Below are positions 1 through 10,800 of a stretch of 50,872 bases of DNA, piece by piece. The DNA is from Saprolegnia diclina VS20 (taxonomy: Eukaryota): contig NW_008246077.1 in the NCBI RefSeq assembly GCF_000281045.1, positions 781,264-832,135 on the forward strand. Direction: 5' to 3'. Position 1 is the first letter of the stretch, and every line of letters starts with the position of its first letter. Position numbers and translations under genes: made by a program. Under the pieces are notes generated by a model. That model saw nothing but the letters and a program-made list of their open reading frames with translations. It was not told the origin of the DNA and ran no database searches.

Positions 1-1226
1 GCAAACAAGAGGAGACGGCTCGTCAAGTCGTCGTCGACCATGGCCTCGATACCGCATTCCTCAAAGAGGCTCCAGACCTCCGCAGCGGCCACGTAAAACG
101 ACTGCGAGTACGCCGCGACGTAGCTCAGCGTGTACTTGTGGTAGAGCTGCGTGAACGCATCGATGCGCGGTGCCAGCGGCAGCACGACGCCGCGAAGCCA
201 GCGGTACGAGCCGTCGCGCTTCGCCATGCGCAACACGGTCCAAAAAAAGTGAGCGATGGGACTGCAAAGCGCGCCAAGGCAGACCGAGCCAAAGACCGAC
301 GTCATGGCCACGCGCGTGTAGTGCAAGACAATTGTGTTGGCAGATGGCGCGTTGTTCGTCTTGGGCTCCATCTCGATCGATGCCGTTCGAAGCGACGACC
401 GAGGCGACGTGAGCACCATGGGCACGGTGGGCGACTCGGGCTGGTCGTCACCCCAGTGGTGGTACCAGTACATGACCGTGCCGGACACCACGACAGAGAT
501 GAGCGTCTTAAAGAAGTGCGACGTCCAGTAAAAGTGGAACAGTAGCCAAAGGAGGCCGATGGACCAGCCGTCGTCCTCGCCGACGTTCGAGAGAAGCTGG
601 CAGCACCAATACGACCACATGCTTGAAACGAGGAGGATCACGCCCGAGACAGCGATCACGGCTGGTGACGCTTGCAGCATTTCGGCCACGAGCTCAAAGA
701 CGACGGCGACAAAGTCGAAGCCGAGCTTGTTCTTGCGCGTCCAAATAAAGTCCGAGAACGCGAGCGCAAGCACGCCAAGGCTCACAAAGAAGCCGGTCCA
801 CGTCGGGCTCACAAGGAGGACCAGCGCCATGGGCGCCATGCCGGCGAACGAAAGCGTCGTGGAGACGCGGATGTAGAGGTCTTTCGGCGCGGCAAAGAAG
901 AACGCCACCCAGATGAGGCCGTAGATCGTGCCGACGATGACCATGGCGCCAATGTACGGGACACCGTCGGGCCGCGGTTGCGAGTACGTAGGGCTCGCGA
1001 CGACCAGAATCATCGTGATGAGGCACTGCATGCCAAAGAGCGCGCCGTACATGACGTCCTTGTTCATTGGGCGCAGCGTCAGCACCGGCGGCGGCTTTAC
1101 CGTCCTCTTCACTGAGCTCGAGTCCAATGGTATGAGCGACTGCAGGTCCCTTGTCGGCGACAGCGTGAGGTCTTCCATCTCGGCTTCGGTCGGGACCGAC
1201 ACGTCGTGCTCGACCTCGGGCAGCAT
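1..1226 (-). CDS. Choline transporter-like (CTL/SLC44/PNS1 family) multi-pass membrane protein, 3' end outside window
   Basis: Open minus-strand frame from ATG at 1226 (MLPEVEHDVSV...) to the window edge, absent from the ORF track because it has no stop. Multiple hydrophobic helices and CTL-type motifs FYWTS...VVSGTVMYWY, FGSVCLGAL, YVAAYSQSFYVAAAEVW...GIEAMVDDDL. Confidence 0.8.
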   Translation of the reverse strand, partial: MLPEVEHDVSVPTEAEMEDLTLSPTRDLQSLIPLDSSSVKRTVKPPPVLTLRPMNKDVMYGALFGMQCLITMILVVASPTYSQPRPDGVPYIGAMVIVGTIYGLIWVAFFFAAPKDLYIRVSTTLSFAGMAPMALVLLVSPTWTGFFVSLGVLALAFSDFIWTRKNKLGFDFVAVVFELVAEMLQASPAVIAVSGVILLVSSMWSYWCCQLLSNVGEDDGWSIGLLWLLFHFYWTSHFFKTLISVVVSGTVMYWYHHWGDDQPESPTVPMVLTSPRSSLRTASIEMEPKTNNAPSANTIVLHYTRVAMTSVFGSVCLGALCSPIAHFFWTVLRMAKRDGSYRWLRGVVLPLAPRIDAFTQLYHKYTLSYVAAYSQSFYVAAAEVWSLFEECGIEAMVDDDLTSRLLLF

Positions 1227-1251
1227 CTCGTCGGGCTACGAGCGTTGTTTG

Positions 1252-1296
1252 GATTGGCTAAAATTCTATATCCGGATACTGTCAATATGCCGGATA
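1252..1296 (-). promoter_or_regulatory. CCAAT box (GATTGG) plus TATCCGGATA palindrome and second CGGATA, just upstream of the CTL gene
   Basis: gattggcta at ~1252-1260, tatccggata 1269-1278, gccggata 1289-1296; 25-70 bp upstream of the ATG. Confidence 0.45.
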
Positions 1297-2143
1297 GACA
1301 AGCGACAGCGCAGAGATGCTCGCGATACCGCGCGCGCCTGCGTCCATGCGCGGCGCGTCCTGGTTGCCAACGAGACCATCACTGACAACGCACGCAAGAC
1401 TGTAGGTCCTTTTTATGCGATTGGAAGCGACTGGCGCAGAGTCGCCGCGCGGACGTCCGGGACGATGGCCCGTCTACAAGTTCTCGATTGCAACAGAGTC
1501 TCGCGAATGTGACCGAAGCCGCGTCAAAGGATTAGGCGCTATGGCCTACGAGCTTGGCCTACGTGCGTCATCACTTGGTGATAAGCGGCAGTTTCTCGCA
1601 GCGTTTCGCTGTTCCTGGTGGCTCTAATAACCGCCGGCAGGAGAGGACAACCGACTTCATGCAACGACGCTGCCACGTCGCTCCTGCCTACGTCCCGCGT
1701 GCGAGCATGTGAAACAGCAATCCGTGGTATAGGTTCCTATATATTGAGCAGCAAGAACTGGTTGCGGCGTCAGCGTTTGCAGTCGGGGCGATGATGGGCC
1801 GGCCGCCATCAACGGATCTTTCCTGGCGACTGGCCTCGATAATTTAATTATCAAGTCGAATAAAAATCGTGGTCCATGACGCCAGCGTTCTATGACCATC
1901 GTCTGTCAATTAAATGAAGGCATAGGATAAAAATATCGACGATCCGAATGACGGTCGCCCATCATTCTCGGCTGGGCCGCGAGAACCAGGTAACGACCAA
2001 TCAGCGTCGCGGTCGACACTGTATCGACCAATCATAGGTGACCACTCTCCGACGTTTTGCTTGGCCGGTGAATTTTCTCACATCTGGAAGTCGCCCGAAA
2101 GCCCGTAAGTCGATGGCATATTCGCGATCCCAGCCTAGCCGAC

Positions 2144-2887
2144 ATGTCCGTAGGTCTCATGTACCACCACCGCAGCCGCGCCGCCACGCACAAGGGCGCT
2201 ACGTCCCACTACCACATGAAGTACTCGGCCATGGAGCTCGAGGACGAGCTCATGGACAGCTACGCCTGCAACTACAACTTCGACCATGGCCACGCCGCGA
2301 GCCACCGCCAGGTTCAGACGTCGGCGACGGCAAGCGACGCGACTGCTGACTTGCAGATGCTCGTCACAGCGTTCCCAGAGGTCGATGCGGCGATCGTTCA
2401 AGACATCTTCATTGCCAAAAACTACGACGTTTGCAGCACTGCTGAAGCCTTGAGCGGTCTCATGGCCCCGGCGCCGGTCGTTACTGCCCCGTCCGACACG
2501 GACGACGACGACGACCAGTGGAGCTTTCACGACGATGCTGAAGACACTGCTTCCGTTGGCTCTCTTGACTGGGTCGTCGTGCAAGACGATTGGGATGTGG
2601 CTGACGACGGCGGCGCGCACCCCTCTTGTCGCTCGTACAGTGACGTGCTCGTCGCGCCGTTCGCTGGGCAAGGTGTCCCATTTGAGTTCTTTCCGCCGGC
2701 CAAGGCGTTGCGTGACGACGCGCCTGTCGTCACCACCCACAGCAGCAACATCGAGAAGGATGCATTCCAAGAAGTCAACGACTACTACAGCATCAAAGAG
2801 TATGGCCAGCGCCGCGCCCACCACGACCGTCTCCACCCCCGCAAGACCAAGGCCGCTAAAGCGCCATCGACGAAGAAGGGCAAGTAG
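2144..2887 (+). CDS. CUE (ubiquitin-binding) domain protein with acidic region and candidate ATG8-interacting motif
   Basis: Intronless 247-aa ORF with coding-type codon usage. DLQMLVTAFPEVDAAIVQDIFIAKNYDVCSTAEAL fits the CUE pattern (xFP...V..I......D...A...L). Two CCAAT boxes upstream (~1996, ~2027). Confidence 0.7.
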   Translation: MSVGLMYHHRSRAATHKGATSHYHMKYSAMELEDELMDSYACNYNFDHGHAASHRQVQTSATASDATADLQMLVTAFPEVDAAIVQDIFIAKNYDVCSTAEALSGLMAPAPVVTAPSDTDDDDDQWSFHDDAEDTASVGSLDWVVVQDDWDVADDGGAHPSCRSYSDVLVAPFAGQGVPFEFFPPAKALRDDAPVVTTHSSNIEKDAFQEVNDYYSIKEYGQRRAHHDRLHPRKTKAAKAPSTKKGK

Positions 2888-2980
2888 GCCACCACCAGCC
2901 ACCACCTGCCTGCGTGTACACTACGGTACTTAATATTTATTATGTGTACGTGTGTACACATACTCGACCGATGCCTCTTC

Positions 2981-3010
2981 AACTAATTCCAACTAATTCA
3001 TAACTAATTT
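2981..3010 (+). repeat. Three tandem AACTAATT copies in the 3' flank of the CUE gene
   Basis: aactaattcc aactaattca taactaattt read directly. Confidence 0.8.
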
Positions 3011-3468
3011 GAACATCAAATGCATGCTTCATTCTCTCCAACGGCCATTGCCAAGTACCGTCAATGATCAATGACCTCGACTTGTGTGATCGAGACCGAA
3101 AATCATTCGGAGCAGAAGACTCCAGTCGACGCAGAACGCCAATCTCAAGGCCCATTCTACCAGTACGGGTAGTATGATGAGGGCGTAGGCTACGCCCTCG
3201 TCGCAGTGTGTTGGGCTAATGTAGCTGTAGTTGGGACCCCGTAGACGATAGTGCGTGGTGTGTAGTACGGCCTGACGTCGCCTGCTCGGCCCTCACACGC
3301 TCAACGAGGCAATGACGGTGGCAGCGAGTCAACGACTCGTGTGCCCGGCTACGCTATGCTTTGGATGAGTGCGGTGGGCAGGAAGAAGACGAGGCGAATC
3401 ATAAATACACGAGTGTATGCTGAGAGAATCATCATTCTATTGAGTACAATGACATCGCACTAGATCGC

Positions 3469-4052
3469 TTATTCCTCATCGGCTTCCTCATCCTTGTTGT
3501 TGTGGATGTTGAAGTAGCGGAGCTCGTACGTCGACTTGTCCGAGGCAATGACGTGGAGGTAGTCGCGGAGCTGCTGCTTCTTCAAGTACTTCTTGGTGAG
3601 GTACTTGAGGTAGCGCTTCGAGAACGGCGCGACGGCGGCGATGTGGAGCTTGGTCTTCTCACGCGAGATCGTGACGACGTCGCCGAGGACACCGGTCTTG
3701 CCGTTGACCTTGATGCGGTCGTGGAGGAACTTCTCGAACGAAGCCACGTCCAAGACCTGGTCCTCGACGGGCGTCGAGCAGTCGATCGTGAACTTGAGCA
3801 AGTTCTTCTTGCCAGTCTTGGGGGCGGTCTTGGTCTAAGACACACCAACGTCACAACCACGTTCATCGCACAAGGCGCCCGTCGCGTTGCATGCAGCATC
3901 CCAGTATCATCCCTCGGACCTCCTCTTCCCACCCTTCCATCACTCCGTGGCTACGAAGATGAGGAGGACTGGCGAAGAAGCCCGAGCAGAGAAGAGGACT
4001 CTGCAGCTAGCTCCGTTCGTCGTCATGAATAAGCACTTACAGCAGGGGCCAT
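3469..4052 (-). CDS. RPL22: 60S ribosomal protein L22 (eL22); exons 4041-4052 and 3469-3834
   Basis: [30 protein letters not shown]...[29 protein letters not shown] is diagnostic of eL22. ATGGCCCCTGCT|gtaagt...tcttag|ACCAAG gives MAPATKTAPK. Confidence 0.95.
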
Positions 4053-4755
4053 GTTTGATCTCAACAGCAAAGTTTGATAATAATCGCCTTCAGCAACGCT
4101 GCGCAGTCGGCACGCGCTATTGGCCACCCAACGCCGTCCCCTACACCTACGTATACAAACCCGCTGCTTGCAGGCTTCGACGGCATTTGATTGGCTATAG
4201 TACATTATTTTGAACATTCGGATATACTGTGAGGTCGGGCGGCCCCCCGAGAGGCTGCTAGCAGCGTGGTGCGGGTATCCCATCCTTGTTTTGACAATGG
4301 ACGAGCGCACGATGAATCGGTTGTCGGATCCAGGGCACTGCCGAGTCAAGTAGAGGCGTACTAGCATTGACGAGTGAAGATTCAGTGGGTCGTCCATTCA
4401 CCGAGCATGCTTGGCAGGTTGGACGTGGGATTGCGCCGACTACCGTGCACGGACAGTAGATCGTTGCTTGGTACTTGCTGTGTGGCGCTTGCAGTGTGTT
4501 CTAAAGCAGCGAGAGCATCGGAGGCAGAATTGCGCGCAATCTTGTGAAATAGTGTACGCTAAGACTATTTGCGTATGCTCCTAATTAGGATGCCAGACTG
4601 GTGGCGGGAAGTGGGTGCTGAAATTCGGATAATCCGAAATCGAGATGATTGGATAGGGGCTAGTGCTGTATGGTTATCCGGATCGGCCAGCCCTTGCGCA
4701 TGAGCGCTCAAAATCTTGTTTCCGGGCTCGTATTACCTTAATTTGATTCAAGAAG

Positions 4756-5094
4756 ATGCGTTACGTTGCTGCATATTTGTTGGTTGCGCTCTCGGGCAAG
4801 GACGAAGTCACGGCCGCCGATGTCAAGAACGTCTTGACCAAGGCCGGCGTTGAGATCGACGCTGCCCGCCTCGCCAAGCTCTTCGAAGACGTCGCCGACA
4901 AGAGCATCGACGAGATCATCGCCGCCGGCTCGAAGAAGCTCGCCTCGTTCGGTGGTGCCGCCCCGGCTGCCGCTGCTGCCCCCGCCGCTGGTGCCGCCGC
5001 TGCTGCCCCGGCCGCCAAGGAAGAGAAGAAGGAAGAAGAAGAGGCTGACCTCGGCGGTGGCATGGACATGTTCGGCGGTGGCTCGGACTACTAA
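4756..5094 (+). CDS. RPLP2: 60S acidic ribosomal protein P2
   Basis: MRYVAAYLL N-terminus, Ala-rich hinge, EEKKEEEEA acidic tail. Confidence 0.95.
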   Translation: MRYVAAYLLVALSGKDEVTAADVKNVLTKAGVEIDAARLAKLFEDVADKSIDEIIAAGSKKLASFGGAAPAAAAAPAAGAAAAAPAAKEEKKEEEEADLGGGMDMFGGGSDY

Positions 5095-5219
5095 GCATCC
5101 AACCCAACCATCAAGCACGCATGACGACCCAAGCGACTCTCACCGGCCACTTGGAATTTAGATAATGCAATGCAGGCAATGTGCCCATCTCATCCTCATT
5201 TTCTCTTGCCACGAACCTC

Positions 5220-6133
5220 CTACTGGATCGAGCACTTCTTGTCCGGCCGCCGCATGTCGGGCGCCGCGACATCCGGGTCGTTCTGGTCGTGGTTGATGAT
5301 CGTTGCCTTGACAATCGGTGTCGTGATCTCAACTTCGGGGCGTGTCACAATGATGCCGGCGAGGTCGGCTGCAATTTGGAAAAACGTCGAGTTGACCTGG
5401 CGTGCGTTGTCATTCATTGACAGCATCTGATCCAACATACCTGGTCGCCCGTCTTGGCCGACATCGTGTAGCTCTTCATGTCGTTTTCATCGGCAAACTG
5501 CTTGTGCTTGGCAGCCTTGACCGTCCGTAGGTGGTTCATATCGCCTAGCACGCGCGCATGAGCTCCATCACAATTCGAGTCCTTTGTGTACATTTGTTGC
5601 CGCAGAGGCCAATGTAGGGCAGCTTCGAGTCCCCAAATGTGCGCTGCACAAGGCGTAACCAGTCCTCGAGGTTCTGGAAGCTTTCGTAGTTGGTGATGTC
5701 ATATACGAGGAGGACGGCCTACGAGGAGCCTCGGTTTGGCGCTCCGTGCGTCGACGTGAACGTACGTGGGCGCCAAAAATGTAGTTTTTGAGCATCTTGC
5801 CGCCAATGGTTTGGCCACCAATGTCCCAAAGCTGAAGCGCGACTTGAACGTCACCTATGATTTGTCCCTCGCTATGAGTCTTCCTCTGGTGACAGCTGAC
5901 GGACCTGGCAGGGCAAGACGCTTGAGGTAAAAGTCGAGGCCAATTGTTTGCTTGTAGACGTTGGAGAAGGTGTTCTCGGTGTGGCGCATCGCAATCGATG
6001 TCTTCCCGACAGCGCCGTCGCCAAGGATGATGACCTATCGTGTACAGATAGGGTCTTTGCGGGTATGACGGAGGGTGACCTTGAATTGGAGCTGCTCGAG
6101 CTCATGCTCACTCGCGTCCTTCTCTTCCGCCAT
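5220..6133 (-). CDS. RAB28: Rab28-like small GTPase, multi-exon
   Basis: Spliced translation [31 protein letters not shown]...YKQTIGLDF...[21 protein letters not shown]...[15 protein letters not shown]...GNKCD...[16 protein letters not shown] is characteristic of Rab28; C-terminal CAAX CSIQ. Confidence 0.9.
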
Positions 6134-7692
6134 TCTACGTGGTCGTGTAGCCCCTCTTTGTTTCGGCGATCCGTTTCGAACCCAATCCTGGATCTTGGAA
6201 ACGGTCAAACCTTGGCCCATCAATGGCAGATCCTGCCAATTCGCTAACGTTAGGATGGATCTCGCGCTTCACGAGAACGCATGCCAAGAGTCCTCGATAA
6301 AAAGTTGTGCTTGACTCTCACGATACCAGTACACACAGATCTGAGTTGCGACGGAGCAAACGCATCGCGACCGTACAAAGTATGGATTTATTGCTGTTCG
6401 GGGTGCTCCTGAGTAGTCAACATACACGGCACCGCCCCCATGAGCAAACGCAGGACAGTCATCAAATGGCAATGACCTTCGGAGCGGGCACTTTACCGGT
6501 ACACTGAAGTCACTCGATTAAAAGGTAGTATGGACGTCGCACAGCGTGCGATTCACCAGCGTGATGAGCGTCAGACACCCAGCTTTTGACTCCTCCCTAC
6601 AAGATGCATCCTTTTCTTGCATTTGCTTCGGAGCAAGACCAAGCGCAATCGGCACGTCAAAGTCGTCGATCAAAGCAAATCGGATCTGCGCGAGCGACTG
6701 CGACAACTTCAACATGAATATAATGACTCGTGTTACAAATATCAAGTCAGTATTCGGCTTTTTATTTTATCAATGGTCGCTCGATGTTGAAGTTGCCGTT
6801 ATCAAACCTGGGCGACGTTCCGCCCAAGGGCTGCTACAAAATCGACTGCTGCTGACGTCAAAATGCATTCTATTCTCATGCAAACTACCCCGTCGCGCGC
6901 TCTCGGGGATGAAGTCACCACTGGGCTCGTTGCTGTCATGCAGTCTCCTCTACCGACGTACCATGTACTAGTACCAGCACACTACGAGTAACGTCGAAGG
7001 CTGCTTGAGTTGGCGGTAACTTGTGCAAGAGGCTCCGCCGCACACCTGGAGGAGCGCGAGTCCTTGCGAATCTCTGTTCGCCTTCCCCAGGCTGCGTTCC
7101 TATGGCGATGGGCCGAATGACCATCCTGCCCAACCGTGCCACGTCACGCATTCGCAACCCATTTTGAATTCGGCCTTTTTTCGTGCACGCTGCCGCCGAC
7201 CAGCAAGGCCTCGCACAAAATGCAGGACCGAGGACTGGTGGTCACAGCGCGGCCATGGATAAAATAAAGTGTTTTCACACAGCGAATGCATCATGCTCCC
7301 ACTGGCCGCGCCCCCCACATCACTTCGAATCTGTCTCGAGTGGCAAGATTTGGCACTGGCAAAGCAGTTTGTCTGCGCGACGTGGCATTGCTCACGGGTG
7401 TCTCTGAGTCGTCTTTAGCAGCGCGAACCGAGCTTTCCACGGAACCTTCCTCCAACGTCGCAATGCCAAGCACTCGTGTGGCTTCTTCCGCCGCGCTCTT
7501 TGAGACTCGTACGACACCACGTCCACGTCCTCGCACAGAGACAAAGGCGCCAAGCTGCTATCATCCTGCCATCACCCTGCATAAAATCGGCGGCGACGAA
7601 GCATTTAAATAATGCATGGGCGTGTCGCAGGGGCGTGTGACGCCACGATTCTTTGGCGGTGTGCCATTGAAGAAATGGGATTCTCGTCGCTT

Positions 7693-7788
7693 GATTGGCT
7701 GAAAATCGGACCCAAAGTCAGCGAATCGCAAGCATCGGATCCTAGGCGAGCCGACTGTGGGGCTGATCTTCGTCAGTTGCCAATTTCC
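7693..7788 (+). promoter_or_regulatory. CCAAT box and oomycete-type INR+FPR core promoter of UGPase-PGM
   Basis: tgattggctg at ~7693; TCAGTTGCCAATTTCC at 7773-7788 resembles the TCAYTYnnnAWTTY consensus, 17 bp upstream of the ATG. Confidence 0.55.
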
Positions 7789-7805
7789 CTCGTCGAGCGT
7801 TTAGC

Positions 7806-10800
7806 ATGAGCGGATTCGCTGCGTTTGAAGCCAAGATGGAGGCCGCCGGCCTCAGCCAGGCCGCGATCAAGGCCTTCGAGTACTCGTACGCGTCGCTCCT
7901 CAGCGGCGACTCGGGCACGATGCCCGAGACGTCGATCGAGAACGTCGCCGACCTTACGTACCTCGAGGGCCGCCCGGGCTCGATCCGCGAGTCGATCAAG
8001 GCCGATGCGAGCCTCCTCCAGAAGACGGTCGTGCTCAAGCTCAACGGCGGCCTTGGCACGAGCATGGGCCTCGACAAGGTCAAGAGCCTCCTCAACATCA
8101 AGGGCAGCGACAACTTTCTCGACATGACGGCCAAGCAGATCATTGAGATGCGCAAGAAGTACAACTCGAACGTGCGCTTCATCTTGATGAACAGCTTCAG
8201 CACGAGCGCCGACACGCTCGACTATTTGCAAAAGTATCCCGAGATTGTGAGCGACGTCGACCTTGAGCTCCTCCAGAACAAGGTGCCCAAGATTGACGTC
8301 ACGACGATGCAGCCCGCTGAGTGGAAGCTCAACCCGTCCAAGGAATGGTGCCCGCCCGGCCACGGCGATCTCTACCCGTCGCTCCTCGGCTCGGGCAAGC
8401 TCGACAAGCTCCTCGCCCAAGGCTACAAGTACATGTTTGTCTCCAACTCGGACAACCTCGGCGCGACGCTCGACTTGGAGCTCCTCACGCACTTTGCGCA
8501 GTTGGACACGTCGTTCATGATGGAGTGCTGCGAGCGCACGGAGAACGACAAGAAGGGCGGCCACCTCGCCAAGCGTGTCTCGGATGGCCACCTCGTCTTG
8601 CGCGAGTCGGCGCAGTGCGACCCGGCCGACGAAGCCGAGTTCCAGAACATTGCCAAGCACCGCTACTTCAACACGAACAACTTGTGGATCCGCTTGGACA
8701 AGCTTGCGGAAGAGCTCCACCGCCAGGGCGGCCTCATCAAGCTCCCGATGATCCGCAACTCGAAGACGGTCGACCCCAAGGACGGCGACTCGCCGGCGGT
8801 CTTCCAGCTCGAGACGGCCATGGGCGCCGCCATTGAATGCTTTGACAACTCCACGGCGGTGTGCGTGCCCCGCACGCGCTTTGCGCCCGTCAAGAAGTGC
8901 GATGACTTGCTCTTGCTTCGCTCGGATGCGTACGTGGTCACGGACGACTACCGCCTCGTCTTGGCCCCCGAGCGCAACGGCAACGCGACCGTCATGGGCC
9001 TCGATGGCAAGAAGTTCAAGCTCGTCCAGCAGCTTGAGGCCGCGCTCCGTGGCAACGTCCCGTCGCTCATCAACTGCAACCGCCTCAAGATTACGGGCGA
9101 TGTCGGCTTTGCGCCCGATGTTGTCTTTGAAGGTGACATTGCGATCGTCAACAACAGCAAGGAGCAAAAGACGGTGCTCAGCGGCACGTATCGCGACCAG
9201 ACGATCGACTTGACGAGCCAGCCCGGCCTCGGCAAGCTCAAGGCGTCGGTCGTCTCGACGGCCCCGATCGAAGGCCAGAAGCCCGGCACATCGGGTCTCC
9301 GCAAGAAGACCAAGGCGTTTATGGCCGAGCACTACCTCAACAACTTTGTCCAGTCGACGTTTGACGCGCTTCCGTCCAAGGACCTCCACGGCGGCACCCT
9401 CGTCGTCTCGGGCGACGGCCGCTACTTCAACAAGGAGGCGATCCAGACGATCATCAAGATGGCGGTCGCCTCGGGCGTTGACCGCGTCTGGGTCGGCCAG
9501 AACGGTCTTCTTTCGACGCCGGCCGTGTCGGCGGTCATTCGCGAGCGCGAAGGCGGCGCAGTTGCGTTTGGCGCCTTCATCTTGACGGCGAGCCACAACC
9601 CGGGTGGCATTGACGAGGACTTTGGCATCAAGTACAACTGCGAGAACGGCGGCCCGGCCCCCGAGAAGCTCACGGACGAGATCTTCAACAACACCAAGGT
9701 CATTGCGTCGTACAAGATTGCCTCGAACTTTCCCAATGTGGATGTCTCGCGCGTCGGCGCCACGTGCGTCAAGTCGGACGATGGCAGCCGCACGGTGGTC
9801 GTCGAGGTCTTTGACGCGGCCGAGGACCACGTCGACTTGCTCAAGACCATCTTTGACTTCAAGGCCATCAAGGATCTGATTGCGCGCGACGACTTTTCGT
9901 TTGTGTACGACTGCATGAGCGGCGTCCAGGGCCCGTACGCCCACCGCGTGTTTGTCGACGAGCTCGGCGCGCCCGAGTCGAGCCTCCTCAACGCGGTGTC
10001 GAAGGAGGACTTTGGCGGCCACCACGCCGACCCGAACCTTACGTACGCGCACGAGCTCACGCACATTATGGGCGTCGACCCCAAGGGATCGGCGATCCAC
10101 GGCCAGGCGCACAAGGTGCCGGCGTTTGGCGCGGCCTGCGACGGCGACGCTGACCGCAACATGATTCTCGGCTCGCGTTTCTTTGTGACGCCGTCCGACT
10201 CGCTCGCGGTCATTGCGGCCAACGCCAACGTGATCCCGTTCTTCCGCAAGAAGGGCGGTCTCCGCGGCGTCGCGCGCTCGATGCCGACGTCGGGCGCCGT
10301 CGACTTGGTGGCCAAGAAGCTCGGCATTTCGCTCTTTGAAGTGCCGACGGGCTGGAAGTTTTTCGGCAACCTCATGGACTCGAAGGAGGTGTACGGCAAG
10401 GAAGACTACACGCCGTTCATTTGCGGCGAGGAGAGCTTTGGTACGGGCTCCAACCACATTCGCGAGAAGGACGGCATGTGGGCCGTCCTCGCGTGGCTCT
10501 CGATCCTCGCGGCCAAGAACACACCGGGCGCGCCGCTCGTCTCGGTCGAGGACATTGTCGTCAACCACTGGAAGACGTATGGCCGCAACTACTATTGCCG
10601 CTACGACTATGAAGGCGTCGACAAGGCGCAGGCCGAGAAGATGATGGCGGCCATGGTGGCCACCAACAAGGCTGGCGAGAGCCTGAACGGCTTTACGCTC
10701 GCGACCAACGACGAGTTTACGTACCACGACCCCGTCGACGGCAGCATCTCGCGCAACCAGGGCATCCGCTTTATCTTTACGGACGGCTCGCGCGTCATCT

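Noticed and set aside
5570..5615. T-loop-like TTCGAGTCC motifs suggesting a tRNA
   Set aside because: They lie within the Rab28 gene, and no cloverleaf or A-box is evident.
6200..7690. Short ORFs between Rab28 and UGPase-PGM
   Set aside because: No coherent spliced frame, codon bias or motif; treated as intergenic.
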